Assembly (NCBI GenBank): GCA_022446815.1
Contig: JAKVCD010000018.1
Span: 211,908 to 275,907, forward strand
DNA from: Planctomycetota bacterium
Lineage (GTDB): Bacteria; Planctomycetota; UBA1135; GCA-002686595
DNA: 64,000 nt
Reading direction: 5' to 3'
A program made the position numbers and the translations under genes. This document shows, piece by piece, positions 18,889 to 27,985 of this stretch. Below the pieces are notes generated by a model. It did not search any database. It was not told where the DNA came from and was given only the letters and a program-made list of their open reading frames with translations. Every line of letters begins with the position of its first letter. The first letter of the stretch is position 1.

Positions 18889-20592
18889 ATGTCGCTGGCT
18901 CTCTGCGCAGGAGCGCTGGTCCTCTCAGGAGCTGGGGGAGCGGTCTTACAGGATGTAGCCTTCGGCGCCTCGTGTGTGGACTGTCACGGGGTCTTGGTGG
19001 ACGAGTACCGAGGGACAGGGATGGCGCGCGCGATCGAACCCATCCGTGAGGGAGAGCTCGCAGGACTTGAGCGGGTCCCCGACCAAGACACGGGGCTCTC
19101 ATATGAGCTCGTAGAGGGTGCTCGCGGTCCACGGATCATCGAGCGTTGGGGGGAGTCTGGCGTGCGCTCGCTGCCGCTCCTCTACGCGATCGGCGCGGGG
19201 AGGCTGGACCGCTCCTACGTCGCTCAAGTCGGCGGGATGGAGTGGTTCGCGCCGCTAGAGGTCGTGAGCGCGCACGCAGACGTTGAGCGACACGCCGCGC
19301 TGGCTCCGGGACATGAGATGGTCCCGGGCAAGCGCTTCACGACGCCTATTACGAATGAGTGCCTCGCTTGTCACACAGACTCTCCGCCACCGATCGATTA
19401 TCCCGCCAACCTGCACAACTCGAGCTGGATCCCACACGGCATCTCATGCGCTGCATGTCACGCCCGGGGCGAGGAGCACGCGGCCTATCGGGAGTCAGAG
19501 GGGGAGGGGGGAGACCCCGCCATCTCCCTAGGTGAGCTCGGTCTCGCGGAGCGACTCTCGCTCTGCGCGCGCTGTCACCTGCAAGGGGACGCGCGCATAT
19601 CGCTGACAGGCGCTCGGTCCTTGTCCGATCCTGGAGCGGACTTCCTTGGAGAGTGGGCAGTCTATCTCCCCCGCGAAGAGGACGAGGACGTCGCCTTCGT
19701 AAGCCAGGTCGAGCGCATGTTGAGCTCGGTCTGCTTCACGAGCGCTCTTGAGGGGAGCGGTCAGCCGCTCGAGTGCACCACTTGTCACGACCCGCATCGT
19801 TCACTCGACGATGAGATGGAGCGAGTGCGCGTGCGCGCTGCGTGCATGCAATGCCACGAGGGCGGCGATGAGGACTGCTCTAGGCCGAGCACGCCACCGA
19901 CTGCTCAGGATTGCGTGGAGTGTCACATGCCGCTCGTCGAGGTCTTCGACGTCTCAGCAGTAAAGATCCACGACCACAAGATCGCGCGGGCTCCATCTGC
20001 GCCGGAGAGCTATCCAAGGATTCGTGTCAAGCACGCCAAAGACGGAGACGTTGTTCGGTTCCAGTGGCCTTGGCTAGAGCCACACGAGGTCGACCCCGGT
20101 CTCGAGATGATGGCGGCCTTGATCGCTGGCGGAGAGCGGCGAGCGCTTGAGCGGGTCGACGCTGAGCCTGGCGAGCAGAGCCGCAGGCTGCCCACCTATC
20201 ACCACCTGAGGGGCGTGCTCTTGGAAGGCGCGGGTCGCTTGGATGAGGCGCGCAAGAGCTACATGCGCGCCCTGCTCTTGGACCCTGACTCAGGCGAGAG
20301 CGCGGTGAACCTCTCTCTGGTCTTGGGCCGAATGAACCGGGCTGCCGAGGGGGTCGCTCAGCTCGACGCGCTCTTAGAACGGCACCCCTTCGCCGAAGGA
20401 GCCCTGCGAAACCGCGGACTCCTGAAGAGCGCGCTCGGCGATGTGCAGGGGCTCAAGGGTGACCTAGAGGCCGCCCATGCGATCCTCCCGCGCGCAGAGC
20501 TCGCGCGGGCGTTAGCGCAGATCAGCCGGCGATTAGGGGATGAGGCTGGCGCGCAGCTGTGGGAACAGCGCGCGCAGCTCTTGGGGCCTTAG
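18889..20592 (+). CDS. Multiheme c-type cytochrome (7 CxxCH) fused to C-terminal TPR-like region
   Basis: CVDCH, CLACH, CAACH, CARCH, CTTCH, CMQCH and CVECH are present. The tail YMRALLLDPDSGESAVNLSLVLGRMNR..AEGALRNRGLL is TPR-like. There is an N-terminal signal/anchor. Confidence 0.8.
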   Translation: MSLALCAGALVLSGAGGAVLQDVAFGASCVDCHGVLVDEYRGTGMARAIEPIREGELAGLERVPDQDTGLSYELVEGARGPRIIERWGESGVRSLPLLYAIGAGRLDRSYVAQVGGMEWFAPLEVVSAHADVERHAALAPGHEMVPGKRFTTPITNECLACHTDSPPPIDYPANLHNSSWIPHGISCAACHARGEEHAAYRESEGEGGDPAISLGELGLAERLSLCARCHLQGDARISLTGARSLSDPGADFLGEWAVYLPREEDEDVAFVSQVERMLSSVCFTSALEGSGQPLECTTCHDPHRSLDDEMERVRVRAACMQCHEGGDEDCSRPSTPPTAQDCVECHMPLVEVFDVSAVKIHDHKIARAPSAPESYPRIRVKHAKDGDVVRFQWPWLEPHEVDPGLEMMAALIAGGERRALERVDAEPGEQSRRLPTYHHLRGVLLEGAGRLDEARKSYMRALLLDPDSGESAVNLSLVLGRMNRAAEGVAQLDALLERHPFAEGALRNRGLLKSALGDVQGLKGDLEAAHAILPRAELARALAQISRRLGDEAGAQLWEQRAQLLGP

Positions 20593-20733
20593 GGCTCAGC
20601 CCTCGTGGTCGGCCACGCGAGCGTCATCTCCGTGAGTTGGTGTGGCTGGAGGATGGAGTCGTGGGGTGCGTCTGAGATGCGCGAGTCTGTTTGTCCTCGT
20701 GCGCATAGCGCTGTGAAGACGTACCCTTCGTAC

Positions 20734-21075
20734 ATGGATCCTCTCCCTAATAAGTGCGTGCCCTGTGAGGGCGGAATCCCCGCGCTGACGTCTGAGCAGG
20801 CGGCAGAGCGCCACGCTCTCATCCCGAGCTGGTCTCTCTCAGAGGGGAAGCTCTCGCGCTCTTATGAGCTCAAGGATTTCCGCGCAGCGCTCGCATGGGT
20901 CAACCGCGTCGGCATGTTGGCGGAAGAGGAGGCTCACCATCCGAACTTCCACATCAGGAGCTGGAACAAGGTGGAGTTCGTCCTCTACACCCACGCTGTC
21001 GACGGCCTCACAGATAACGACTTTGTCCTCGCGAAGGCTATAGATGACCTCGCGAGGAAGGACGGGCACGTTTAA
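20734..21075 (+). CDS. phhB: Pterin-4-alpha-carbinolamine dehydratase
   Basis: C.PCEGG, L..W.L, L.R.YELKDF..A..WVNRVG.LAEEEAHHPN and W.KVEF.LYTH are present. ATG at 20734 lies inside the track ORF. Confidence 0.8.
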   Translation: MDPLPNKCVPCEGGIPALTSEQAAERHALIPSWSLSEGKLSRSYELKDFRAALAWVNRVGMLAEEEAHHPNFHIRSWNKVEFVLYTHAVDGLTDNDFVLAKAIDDLARKDGHV

Positions 21076-21083
21076 GGCATCGC

Positions 21084-22466
21084 CTATAGTCGCATCAGAG
21101 CTAGCGCTCGATCACGGAAGCTCGACCACTCGACGGAGCCATCGGGCTCGCCTCCACATGCAGAGAAGGGCTCGGTGCACAGGAAGATGGGGCCATGCTC
21201 AGGTGACTCAGGCAAGAGGCCGTGGCTCCCGCGCACTTGGCTCGGGTCTTGAGAGACGACGTCCATCAAGGTGCGGAAGCCGAGCTTCTTTTGCGCGAGC
21301 CTCCGCGCCACGCGCAGAGCGGGGAGCGTGAGCCGCTGGTCAGTGAAGAGCTCGCAAGGGTCATAACCAGGTTTGCGATGTATGTCGACGGTCGGCGCGA
21401 AGTCGGGAGCTGCTGCCTCTTCGAGCCAGTAGGGGTAGTAGAACCAGGAGTCGGGCTCAGAGAGCGCGATCAGGTCACCCGCGCGAGGGTGGTCGAGACC
21501 GAGCTCTCCGCGGGCCTCACCGGAGCAGAGAGAGGCGACCCCGGGGACGCCTGTGAGCGCCTCTCGAGCGGCCTCGATGGAGGCCGCTGAGTCGCAGTAG
21601 ATGTGCGCGAGCTGGTGGTCAACCACGGCGAACGCGCGGGATGCGAAGACGTCGAGCATCTCGCCCGTAGGAGACTGACGCACCTCTAAAAGGCCAGCGC
21701 GACGAAGCACGCGGTTCAGCTCGACCGCGCGCGAGACGGGCCGGATCCCATACTCGCTGCAGACGATCAGCGCCGCATCACGCTGCGCTGCTGCGGCGTG
21801 GATTTCAGAGACGAGCTCGTCGGCCTCTCTGACTGCCTGAATCGAGCGGGGGTCGTCTGGGCCGAAGCGCTGGTGGTCGTAGTCGAGGTGGGGGAGGTAG
21901 ACGAGGGTGAGGGCTGGTGAGTGCTCTTCGAGCGTCCTGATGGCGGCGTCAGCTATCCATCGGCTCGAGGGTAGACCCGAGCGGGGCCCCCAGAAGTCGA
22001 AGAAGGGGAAGGGGCCGAGGGCGCTGACTAGGTCCTCTCCATAGGAGGTAGGGCTCGAGTAGGTGTCGACGATCTTGCGGCCGTCAGCCGGGTAGTGGGG
22101 GCGTGGCGTGATCGAGAGGTCGACGCCCGCGCCCATGTTCCACCACCAAAAGAGCTTCGCCGTGACGGCGCTCGGCTCGCGGCGCTTGACTGTCTCGTAG
22201 AGCTTCTCACCGCTCACGAGGGTGTTCGCTTGCCGCCAGAGCGCGACCTCTCGGCTGGCGGGGTCCATCCAGCCGTTGCCGACTGCGCCGTGCTCTTGGG
22301 GTGAGAGGCCCGTGAGCAGGCTCGCTTGAGCGCTACAGGTGACCGCAGGCAGCACGGCGGTCATGGGAGCGCACGCGCCAGACTCCGCGAGGGCGCGGAG
22401 ATTGGGGGCGTGCTCGAGCAGGGCAGGGGTCATGCCCACGAGGTTGACGATGACGGCGCGTCTCAT
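21084..22466 (-). CDS. Alkaline phosphatase / nucleotide pyrophosphatase-phosphodiesterase family protein
   Basis: VNLVGMTP, PAVTCSAQASLLTGL.P.EHGAVGNGW, LPHLDYDHQRFGP and SEYG are present. Confidence 0.7.
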   Translation of the reverse strand: MRRAVIVNLVGMTPALLEHAPNLRALAESGACAPMTAVLPAVTCSAQASLLTGLSPQEHGAVGNGWMDPASREVALWRQANTLVSGEKLYETVKRREPSAVTAKLFWWWNMGAGVDLSITPRPHYPADGRKIVDTYSSPTSYGEDLVSALGPFPFFDFWGPRSGLPSSRWIADAAIRTLEEHSPALTLVYLPHLDYDHQRFGPDDPRSIQAVREADELVSEIHAAAAQRDAALIVCSEYGIRPVSRAVELNRVLRRAGLLEVRQSPTGEMLDVFASRAFAVVDHQLAHIYCDSAASIEAAREALTGVPGVASLCSGEARGELGLDHPRAGDLIALSEPDSWFYYPYWLEEAAAPDFAPTVDIHRKPGYDPCELFTDQRLTLPALRVARRLAQKKLGFRTLMDVVSQDPSQVRGSHGLLPESPEHGPIFLCTEPFSACGGEPDGSVEWSSFRDRALALMRL

Positions 22467-22475
22467 GGCCTGAGG

Positions 22476-22844
22476 ATGCTAGCATCGCTGGCCATGTTCA
22501 GTCGGATCTTGGACCTCTTCCGCGGGCAACCGGTGGTCGTGAGCGGGACCTCAAAGCTCGAGGAGGGCTTCGCCCGTCGCATTGACGTGGGCGACCCGCT
22601 CGCTGGCGGCACCCAGTTCCTCCTCTGCAGGGTGGACGGGGTGATTCACGCGATCACCACAGAGTGCCCCCACGCAGGCGGGCGCATCGTCGAAGGGCCT
22701 ATGAAAGATGGCCGCTTCGCGATCTGCCCGCTGCACCAGTACGCCTTCGACCCGCGCACCGGACGTCCGCAGGGAGACATCTGCTCCAAGGCAGAGACCT
22801 ATCGGGTGCGTGAGGAGGGGGACGAGTGTCGCGTCTGGCTCTAG
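22476..22844 (+). CDS. Rieske [2Fe-2S] domain protein
   Basis: CPHAGGRI ... CPLHQYAF ligand boxes are present. The start could instead be 22494. Confidence 0.75.
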   Translation: MLASLAMFSRILDLFRGQPVVVSGTSKLEEGFARRIDVGDPLAGGTQFLLCRVDGVIHAITTECPHAGGRIVEGPMKDGRFAICPLHQYAFDPRTGRPQGDICSKAETYRVREEGDECRVWL

Positions 22845-24028
22845 CCCTCTCCTTAGCGTTCAGCAGCGCGCCCGCCACCGGGCAGGTCAAGCTGGGGGTC
22901 GATGTGCTCCTCGAGGACCGCATAGAGCTGGTAGAGGGCTTGCGGGTTGGGCTGGTGACTCACCCCGCGGGGGTGGACAGCGCCCTCGTGCCGACGATCG
23001 ATCGGCTCGCGGCGGACGAGCGCGTGAGGCTCGTGCAGCTCTTTGGACCGGAGCACGGCGTGCGCGGTGACGTCGCTGCAGGCGAGGATGTCTTTGACGC
23101 GCGAGATCCACGGACGGGCGTCCCTGTAGAGAGCTTGTATGGAGCGAGGAGGCGTCCATCGAAGGAGAGCCTCGAGCGGATCGACGTCCTCTTGTTCGAC
23201 CTCCAAGACGTCGGCGCGCGCATGTACACCTACATCTCGACCCTCGGGGAGGCGATGACAGCTGCAGGTGAGGCGGGCGTGAAGGTGGTCGTCTTAGATC
23301 GGCCGAACCCGCTCGGTGGGCTGCGCTTCGAGGGGCCGGTCATGCCAGAGGAGTGGGAGAGCTTCATCTCCTGGGGCCCGCTGCCGATGACCCACGGGAT
23401 GACAATGGGGGAGATCGCGCGCCTTTGGAAGGAGAGGCAGGGAGTCTCGTGCGAGCTCGACGTCGTCCGAATGAGCGGCTGGGAGCGGAGCATGGTCTGG
23501 GAAGACACCGGCTTGGAGTGGCTGCAGTCCTCACCTCATATCCCTCACCCCGTGAGCGCTCACCTATACCTCGCTACTGGAGCGATCGGTGAGTCCTTCG
23601 AGGGGATTCACTGTGGCGTCGGCTACACCACCCCCTTTGAGGTCCTCGCGGCGCCTGGGCTCGATGAGAACGCGCTCGCCGACGTGATGAATGAGCGCGG
23701 GCTCAGCGGAGTCCACTTCCTCCCCTTCATCACGCGCCCCTTCTACGGTGAGCAAGAGGGCGTCGAGGTCCGCGGCGTCAAGTTGATCCTCACGGACGAG
23801 CGGAGCTTCCGGCCTGTGCGTACAGCTCTGGCCCTCCTGATCGAGTTGCACGGGCAGCTAGGCGAGGAGCTCAGGTTGAAGTCTGAGCGAGCCTTCGCGA
23901 TCCGCTGGGGGGGCGCAGAGCTCTTCGAGCGCGTCACGGCAGGCGCGACCCTTGCGGAGCTCGAGGCTAGCTTTGTGGACGGTCTGAAGGAGTTCGAGGA
24001 GGTCCGAGCAGAGCTCTTGCTCTACTAG
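22826..24028 (+). CDS. DUF1343 family protein (exo-beta-N-acetylmuramidase NamZ-like)
   Basis: Signal peptide, then KLGVDVLLED, VGLVTHPAGV, LFGPEHG, LLFDLQDVGARMYTY and VLDRPNP. GTG start. Confidence 0.75.
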   Translation: MSRLALALSLAFSSAPATGQVKLGVDVLLEDRIELVEGLRVGLVTHPAGVDSALVPTIDRLAADERVRLVQLFGPEHGVRGDVAAGEDVFDARDPRTGVPVESLYGARRRPSKESLERIDVLLFDLQDVGARMYTYISTLGEAMTAAGEAGVKVVVLDRPNPLGGLRFEGPVMPEEWESFISWGPLPMTHGMTMGEIARLWKERQGVSCELDVVRMSGWERSMVWEDTGLEWLQSSPHIPHPVSAHLYLATGAIGESFEGIHCGVGYTTPFEVLAAPGLDENALADVMNERGLSGVHFLPFITRPFYGEQEGVEVRGVKLILTDERSFRPVRTALALLIELHGQLGEELRLKSERAFAIRWGGAELFERVTAGATLAELEASFVDGLKEFEEVRAELLLY

Positions 24029-24036
24029 GAGGGAGG

Positions 24037-24408
24037 ATGGAGCGGGAGGTCATATTCAAGCGCTGCCTCGCCCTCCGATGTCCGCAGTGCGGAGAGGGTC
24101 GACTCTTCCAGTCTTACAGCAAGCTCCAGGAGGAGTGTCCCGTCTGCGAGCTGCGGTATCGCAGGGAGCCGGGGGCGATGACGGGGGCGATGTACCTCTC
24201 AGCCGTGATCACGGAGATCTTGGCGGCGATGCTGTGCGCTGCGCTCTTCCTCCTTACGGATTGGAGCGTGAAGACAGGCCTCATGGTCGGCGTCCCAGTC
24301 GTCGCTGCCTTCGCGCTCCTCAGCTATCCGCGGACCGTAGCCCTCTGGGTCGCGATCGAGTATTGGACGGACCTAAAGAACGGAGCGCCCTGGGCTAAGC
24401 CGCGCTGA
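24037..24408 (+). CDS. DUF983 domain membrane protein
   Basis: CPQCGEGRLF ... CPVCEL zinc-ribbon followed by two TM helices. Confidence 0.7.
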   Translation: MEREVIFKRCLALRCPQCGEGRLFQSYSKLQEECPVCELRYRREPGAMTGAMYLSAVITEILAAMLCAALFLLTDWSVKTGLMVGVPVVAAFALLSYPRTVALWVAIEYWTDLKNGAPWAKPR

Positions 24409-24838
24409 GGCTAGCGACGACCTCTCCAGTGACTTCGGCCACGCTGCGCGCGTCCTTATGTGAGATTCGCTTCCAGACGCTGCAGTAGCCTTGGCTCTGC
24501 ATCACCAAGGAGCTCGCTCGGCGGACGCGGTCAACTGCGCGTTGACGAAGGATCTGGCCTTCGGCAGAGCTCGGATCGATGTTGCGGCGGACGAGGTCCT
24601 TCATCTCTTCGGTCGCCCTGAGCACCTGCTTGTAGTTGACTCGCGCCGGCTGGGTTAGCTGTCGAGGGTTGGAGAGCCCGCAGATGTTGTCTCTGGAGCG
24701 CACCCTCCAGCCGCCTAAGCTCCCCTCGAACTCAGCGATCAAGCCGTGATCGGAGGTCGAACCCAAAGCGGGCGTAGGGGCGATGATGAGGATCGCGAGG
24801 CTGAGTGATAGCCAGCAGCTCTGCTTCTTGGTGGTCAT
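24395..24838 (-). CDS. Hypothetical secreted protein
   Basis: Signal peptide MTTKKQSCWLSLSLAILIIAPTPALG from the internal ATG at 24838. No family recognised. Confidence 0.5.
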   Translation of the reverse strand: MTTKKQSCWLSLSLAILIIAPTPALGSTSDHGLIAEFEGSLGGWRVRSRDNICGLSNPRQLTQPARVNYKQVLRATEEMKDLVRRNIDPSSAEGQILRQRAVDRVRRASSLVMQSQGYCSVWKRISHKDARSVAEVTGEVVASLSAA

Positions 24839-24965
24839 GTCGGGCTTGGACCTCGTCTTGTAGAGAGGGACGCAGCAAGTGTTACGAAGCTCATCCCTCA
24901 TAGTTTTCTAACCAGATTTAGAAACGGTCACCCCGCAGGCCTCGGGCCCCGGATAGGCTCTCACC

Positions 24966-25805
24966 ATGCCGGAGCTGCCGGAGGTAGAGACAGTCGCGAG
25001 GCTGGTGCGTCCTGGCCTCGTGGGACGCAGGATTACGGGCGCTGGGGTCGCGTGGGAGCGCTCTCTAGGGGGCATGGACGCGAGGACCTTCAGGCGACGA
25101 GTTCGAGGAGCGACGATCGAGCGAGTGGGCAGGAGGGCTAAGTGGATCGTGATTGACCTCAAAGAGGGTGAGTCTGCGAGAGGGCATCTTTTATGCCACC
25201 TGCGGATGAGTGGTCGGCTCCATGTTGAGCCGACAGGCACCGATATGGGGCGGCATGAGCGTGTGCGTATCGATCTTGATGATGGCAAGAGCTTGTTCTT
25301 CCTTGATGTGCGCAAGTTCGGTCGCATGGTCTTTACGGACGACGCAGCAGAGAGCTTTGCTGGGCTGGGCCCAGAGCCTCTCTCAGATGAGTTCTCGAGC
25401 GCCTGGTTCCGGAGCGCGCTCAAGTCGCGTAAGCGGCGGCTCAAGCCGCTCTTGCTGGACCAGACCTTTCTCGCAGGGCTCGGCAACATCTACGTCGATG
25501 AGGCACTGCACGCCTCAGGCCTGCATCCGTTGAGGCGCTCGGACAGGGTCCCGGGACAGAAGGCGGACCAGCTGCGTGAGGAGATTCGGTCCGTATTGGA
25601 AGAGGCGATCCTGCGTGAGGGATCGAGCTTCGACACCTTCTACAGGACACCCGAGGGGCAGCCTGGGAGCTACCAAGACCAGTTTCTGGTCTACGGTCGA
25701 GACGGCAAGCCGTGCAGGACCTGCGGGAGGACCCTCAAGAAGATCGTGGTGGCGCAGCGCGGGACCCACCTTTGCACCCGCTGTCAGCCTGCGCCACGAG
25801 GGTAG
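24966..25805 (+). CDS. mutM: Formamidopyrimidine-DNA glycosylase
   Basis: MPELPEVETV N-terminus, H2TH region, and C-terminal zinc finger CRTCG..THLCTRCQ. Confidence 0.9.
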   Translation: MPELPEVETVARLVRPGLVGRRITGAGVAWERSLGGMDARTFRRRVRGATIERVGRRAKWIVIDLKEGESARGHLLCHLRMSGRLHVEPTGTDMGRHERVRIDLDDGKSLFFLDVRKFGRMVFTDDAAESFAGLGPEPLSDEFSSAWFRSALKSRKRRLKPLLLDQTFLAGLGNIYVDEALHASGLHPLRRSDRVPGQKADQLREEIRSVLEEAILREGSSFDTFYRTPEGQPGSYQDQFLVYGRDGKPCRTCGRTLKKIVVAQRGTHLCTRCQPAPRG

Positions 25806-25814
25806 AATGCGGTC

Positions 25815-26387
25815 ATGATCGAGTTCAGTGACCTGAAACGCGGGGTGTGTATCCAATACAAGGGCGCGCCCGTGATCGTGACCGAGGTGAAGTTCAGCAG
25901 CCCCACTGCACGCGGGGCGAGCATGATCGGGAAGACGAAGATGAGGAACTTGCTGACTGGGCAGGTCCTGAGCGACTCCTTCCGGAGCGGTGACAAGTTT
26001 GAGGAGGTGGACGTCGAGCGGCACCCGTGCAGCTACCTCTACACAGACGGCTCCCACTGGCACTTCATGGATGACGTCAGCTTTGACCAGTTCAACCTAG
26101 GCCCCGATGAGCTTGGAGATGCGACCGGCTACCTGGTCGAGGGGATCGAAGGCATTGAGGCTATGTTCGTTGATGGGGCCCTCGCAGGGATCGAGTTGCC
26201 TAACACCGTGGATCTAGAGATCACGGAGACGACGCCGCCGATCAAAGGGGCGACAGCTGCCGCTCAGCTCAAGTCAGCGACTCTGGAGACCGGGGTCGAG
26301 GTGCAGGTGCCTCCGTACTTGGTCACAGGAGAGCGGGTTCGTATCGACACTAGGGATGGTCACTTCGTCGAACGGGTCAAGGATTGA
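25815..26387 (+). CDS. efpL: Elongation factor P-like protein (YeiP/EfpL type)
   Basis: The loop SSPTARGAS matches the YeiP-type QSPTARGAA rather than the EF-P KPGKG. ELPNTVDLEITETTPPIKGATAAAQLKSATLETG.EVQVP.YL..GE.+RI also matches. Confidence 0.8.
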   Translation: MIEFSDLKRGVCIQYKGAPVIVTEVKFSSPTARGASMIGKTKMRNLLTGQVLSDSFRSGDKFEEVDVERHPCSYLYTDGSHWHFMDDVSFDQFNLGPDELGDATGYLVEGIEGIEAMFVDGALAGIELPNTVDLEITETTPPIKGATAAAQLKSATLETGVEVQVPPYLVTGERVRIDTRDGHFVERVKD

Positions 26388-26392
26388 GAGTC

Positions 26393-26638
26393 ATGAGGAG
26401 CCCCGTCAACGCGATCCTGATCACGGCTGCCATATCGCTAGCAGCTTGCGCCGAAGCAGAGGAGCCCGTCGAGGTTGGGCCTCAGGGCCCGATCTGTGGT
26501 CCCTGCGATATGACGATGCCCGCTGACTATCCGCTCACGGAGATCGCTGGCATGCGCTTCGCGACCTGCGGCGAGTTCTGTGTTGAGCTCATCACAGCGA
26601 ACCCTGAGCGCTACGCAGAGTTCGCTGTCAGCGAGTAG
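26393..26638 (+). CDS. Small lipoprotein with YHS/TRASH-like Cys motif
   Basis: Lipobox ISLAAC. CGPCDMTM ... FATCGEFC is present. The TTG at 26384 is an alternative start. Confidence 0.5.
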   Translation: MRSPVNAILITAAISLAACAEAEEPVEVGPQGPICGPCDMTMPADYPLTEIAGMRFATCGEFCVELITANPERYAEFAVSE

Positions 26639-26641
26639 CGC

Positions 26642-27115
26642 TCAAGCCAAGCGCGCGCGCCAGGCCGACTCAATCTCGGGCACCTGCGACCACTGCTCGG
26701 CGCAGATCGCGAGGTAGAGGGTGACGTCCTCCGAGCCATACTCCTTGTCGAGCTTAGCGAGCGCGCTGTCGATCTTGTCGACCGCGGGCACGTTGTCCTC
26801 GCCGCCGTCGATCATCCCGTCCTCATGGGAGACGCCGGTCTCGTCGAGGAAGCTCGTGATGAGCTCCTTGTTCGTCTTCAGCAGGTAGCTGCCGAAGAGC
26901 TCGTAGGTCATCTCGGCGTTGCTCTGAGCCTGCAGGATGGAATGCGCGCGTCTAGCGCGCTGAGCCATAGGGAGTTTCCGTATCGCCTGAGGGCGAAAGT
27001 TCAGCGCCTTCGCGACCTCATGGTCGAGGGGGCCGAAGCCTTGGTTCTCGAGGGCTGAATAGATCTCGAGGAAGCGCTCCGGTGAGGTCTTCTTTAGCTG
27101 TTCGACGACTTGCAT
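26642..27115 (-). CDS. Hypothetical protein
   Basis: 157-aa ORF with normal composition and no overlapping better ORF. No family recognised. Confidence 0.5.
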   Translation of the reverse strand: MQVVEQLKKTSPERFLEIYSALENQGFGPLDHEVAKALNFRPQAIRKLPMAQRARRAHSILQAQSNAEMTYELFGSYLLKTNKELITSFLDETGVSHEDGMIDGGEDNVPAVDKIDSALAKLDKEYGSEDVTLYLAICAEQWSQVPEIESAWRARLA

Positions 27116-27188
27116 GGGAGGAGTCTAGCTGAAGCAGAGCGAGATCGCCGGTTGTCTCTGCTCCGAATGGTGCTCATGATGAGGAGCC

Positions 27189-27983
27189 ATGATCGAATTG
27201 AATCAAGAGACCCGCCGCAAGGCAGACAGCCTCTACACCGTCTTCGCGGCCTGCTTCGCCGTCATCCTCGTGCTCACGAACATCATCGGCACGAAGCTCT
27301 TCTACCTCTTCCCTGAGGGAGGCCCCGCTTGGTTCAACGGGGGAGAGCCCGTGACGCTCACGGCGGGCATCATCACCTACCCGCTCACGTTCTGGTTGAC
27401 GGACATCGTCAGTGAACTCTGGGGGCGTAAGAAGGCGAACCTCATGGTCTGGATCGGCTTCGGGACGAGCTTTCTGATGTTGCTCGTCTTGCAGTTCGCG
27501 GTCTCTCTCCCCCCCTCGGAGGTCTGGTCGATCCCTGGCATCGCGCCTCTCGACGCTGGCCTCTTAGAGCGCGAGGGCGCAGGCGGAGCGGAGATGATGC
27601 AGGCCGCGTACGCCTCTACGTTCCAGAACCCGCGGCTCCTGCTCTTCGCCTCGATGCTGGCCTACTTGGTCGCGCAGCTCTTTGACGTGCGCCTCTATCA
27701 CTTCTGGTGGCGCGTCACAGGCGGCCGCCACATGTGGATCCGCAACAACGGCTCTACCGTCATCAGCCAGCTCGTCGACACGATCATCGTCAACGGGATC
27801 TTTCTGCGCTTTGGCTTCGGGATGGATTGGGCTCCGATCATGGAGATCATCTTCTGGGTCTACGTATGTAAGGTCATGCTCGCAGCCATCGACACGCCGC
27901 TTATTTACCTTGGGAAGGCTGGGATCTGTCGCAGCCTTGGAGTCCCCAACGACGCCCCGATGGAGTCAGCGCCGCTCGCTTAG
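27189..27983 (+). CDS. yhhQ: Queuosine-precursor transporter (YhhQ/VUT, DUF165 family)
   Basis: TNIIGTKLF, ITYPLTFWLTDIVSELWG.KKA, SQLVDT and VNGIF are present. Multi-TM. Confidence 0.75.
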   Translation: MIELNQETRRKADSLYTVFAACFAVILVLTNIIGTKLFYLFPEGGPAWFNGGEPVTLTAGIITYPLTFWLTDIVSELWGRKKANLMVWIGFGTSFLMLLVLQFAVSLPPSEVWSIPGIAPLDAGLLEREGAGGAEMMQAAYASTFQNPRLLLFASMLAYLVAQLFDVRLYHFWWRVTGGRHMWIRNNGSTVISQLVDTIIVNGIFLRFGFGMDWAPIMEIIFWVYVCKVMLAAIDTPLIYLGKAGICRSLGVPNDAPMESAPLA

Positions 27984-27985
27984 CC

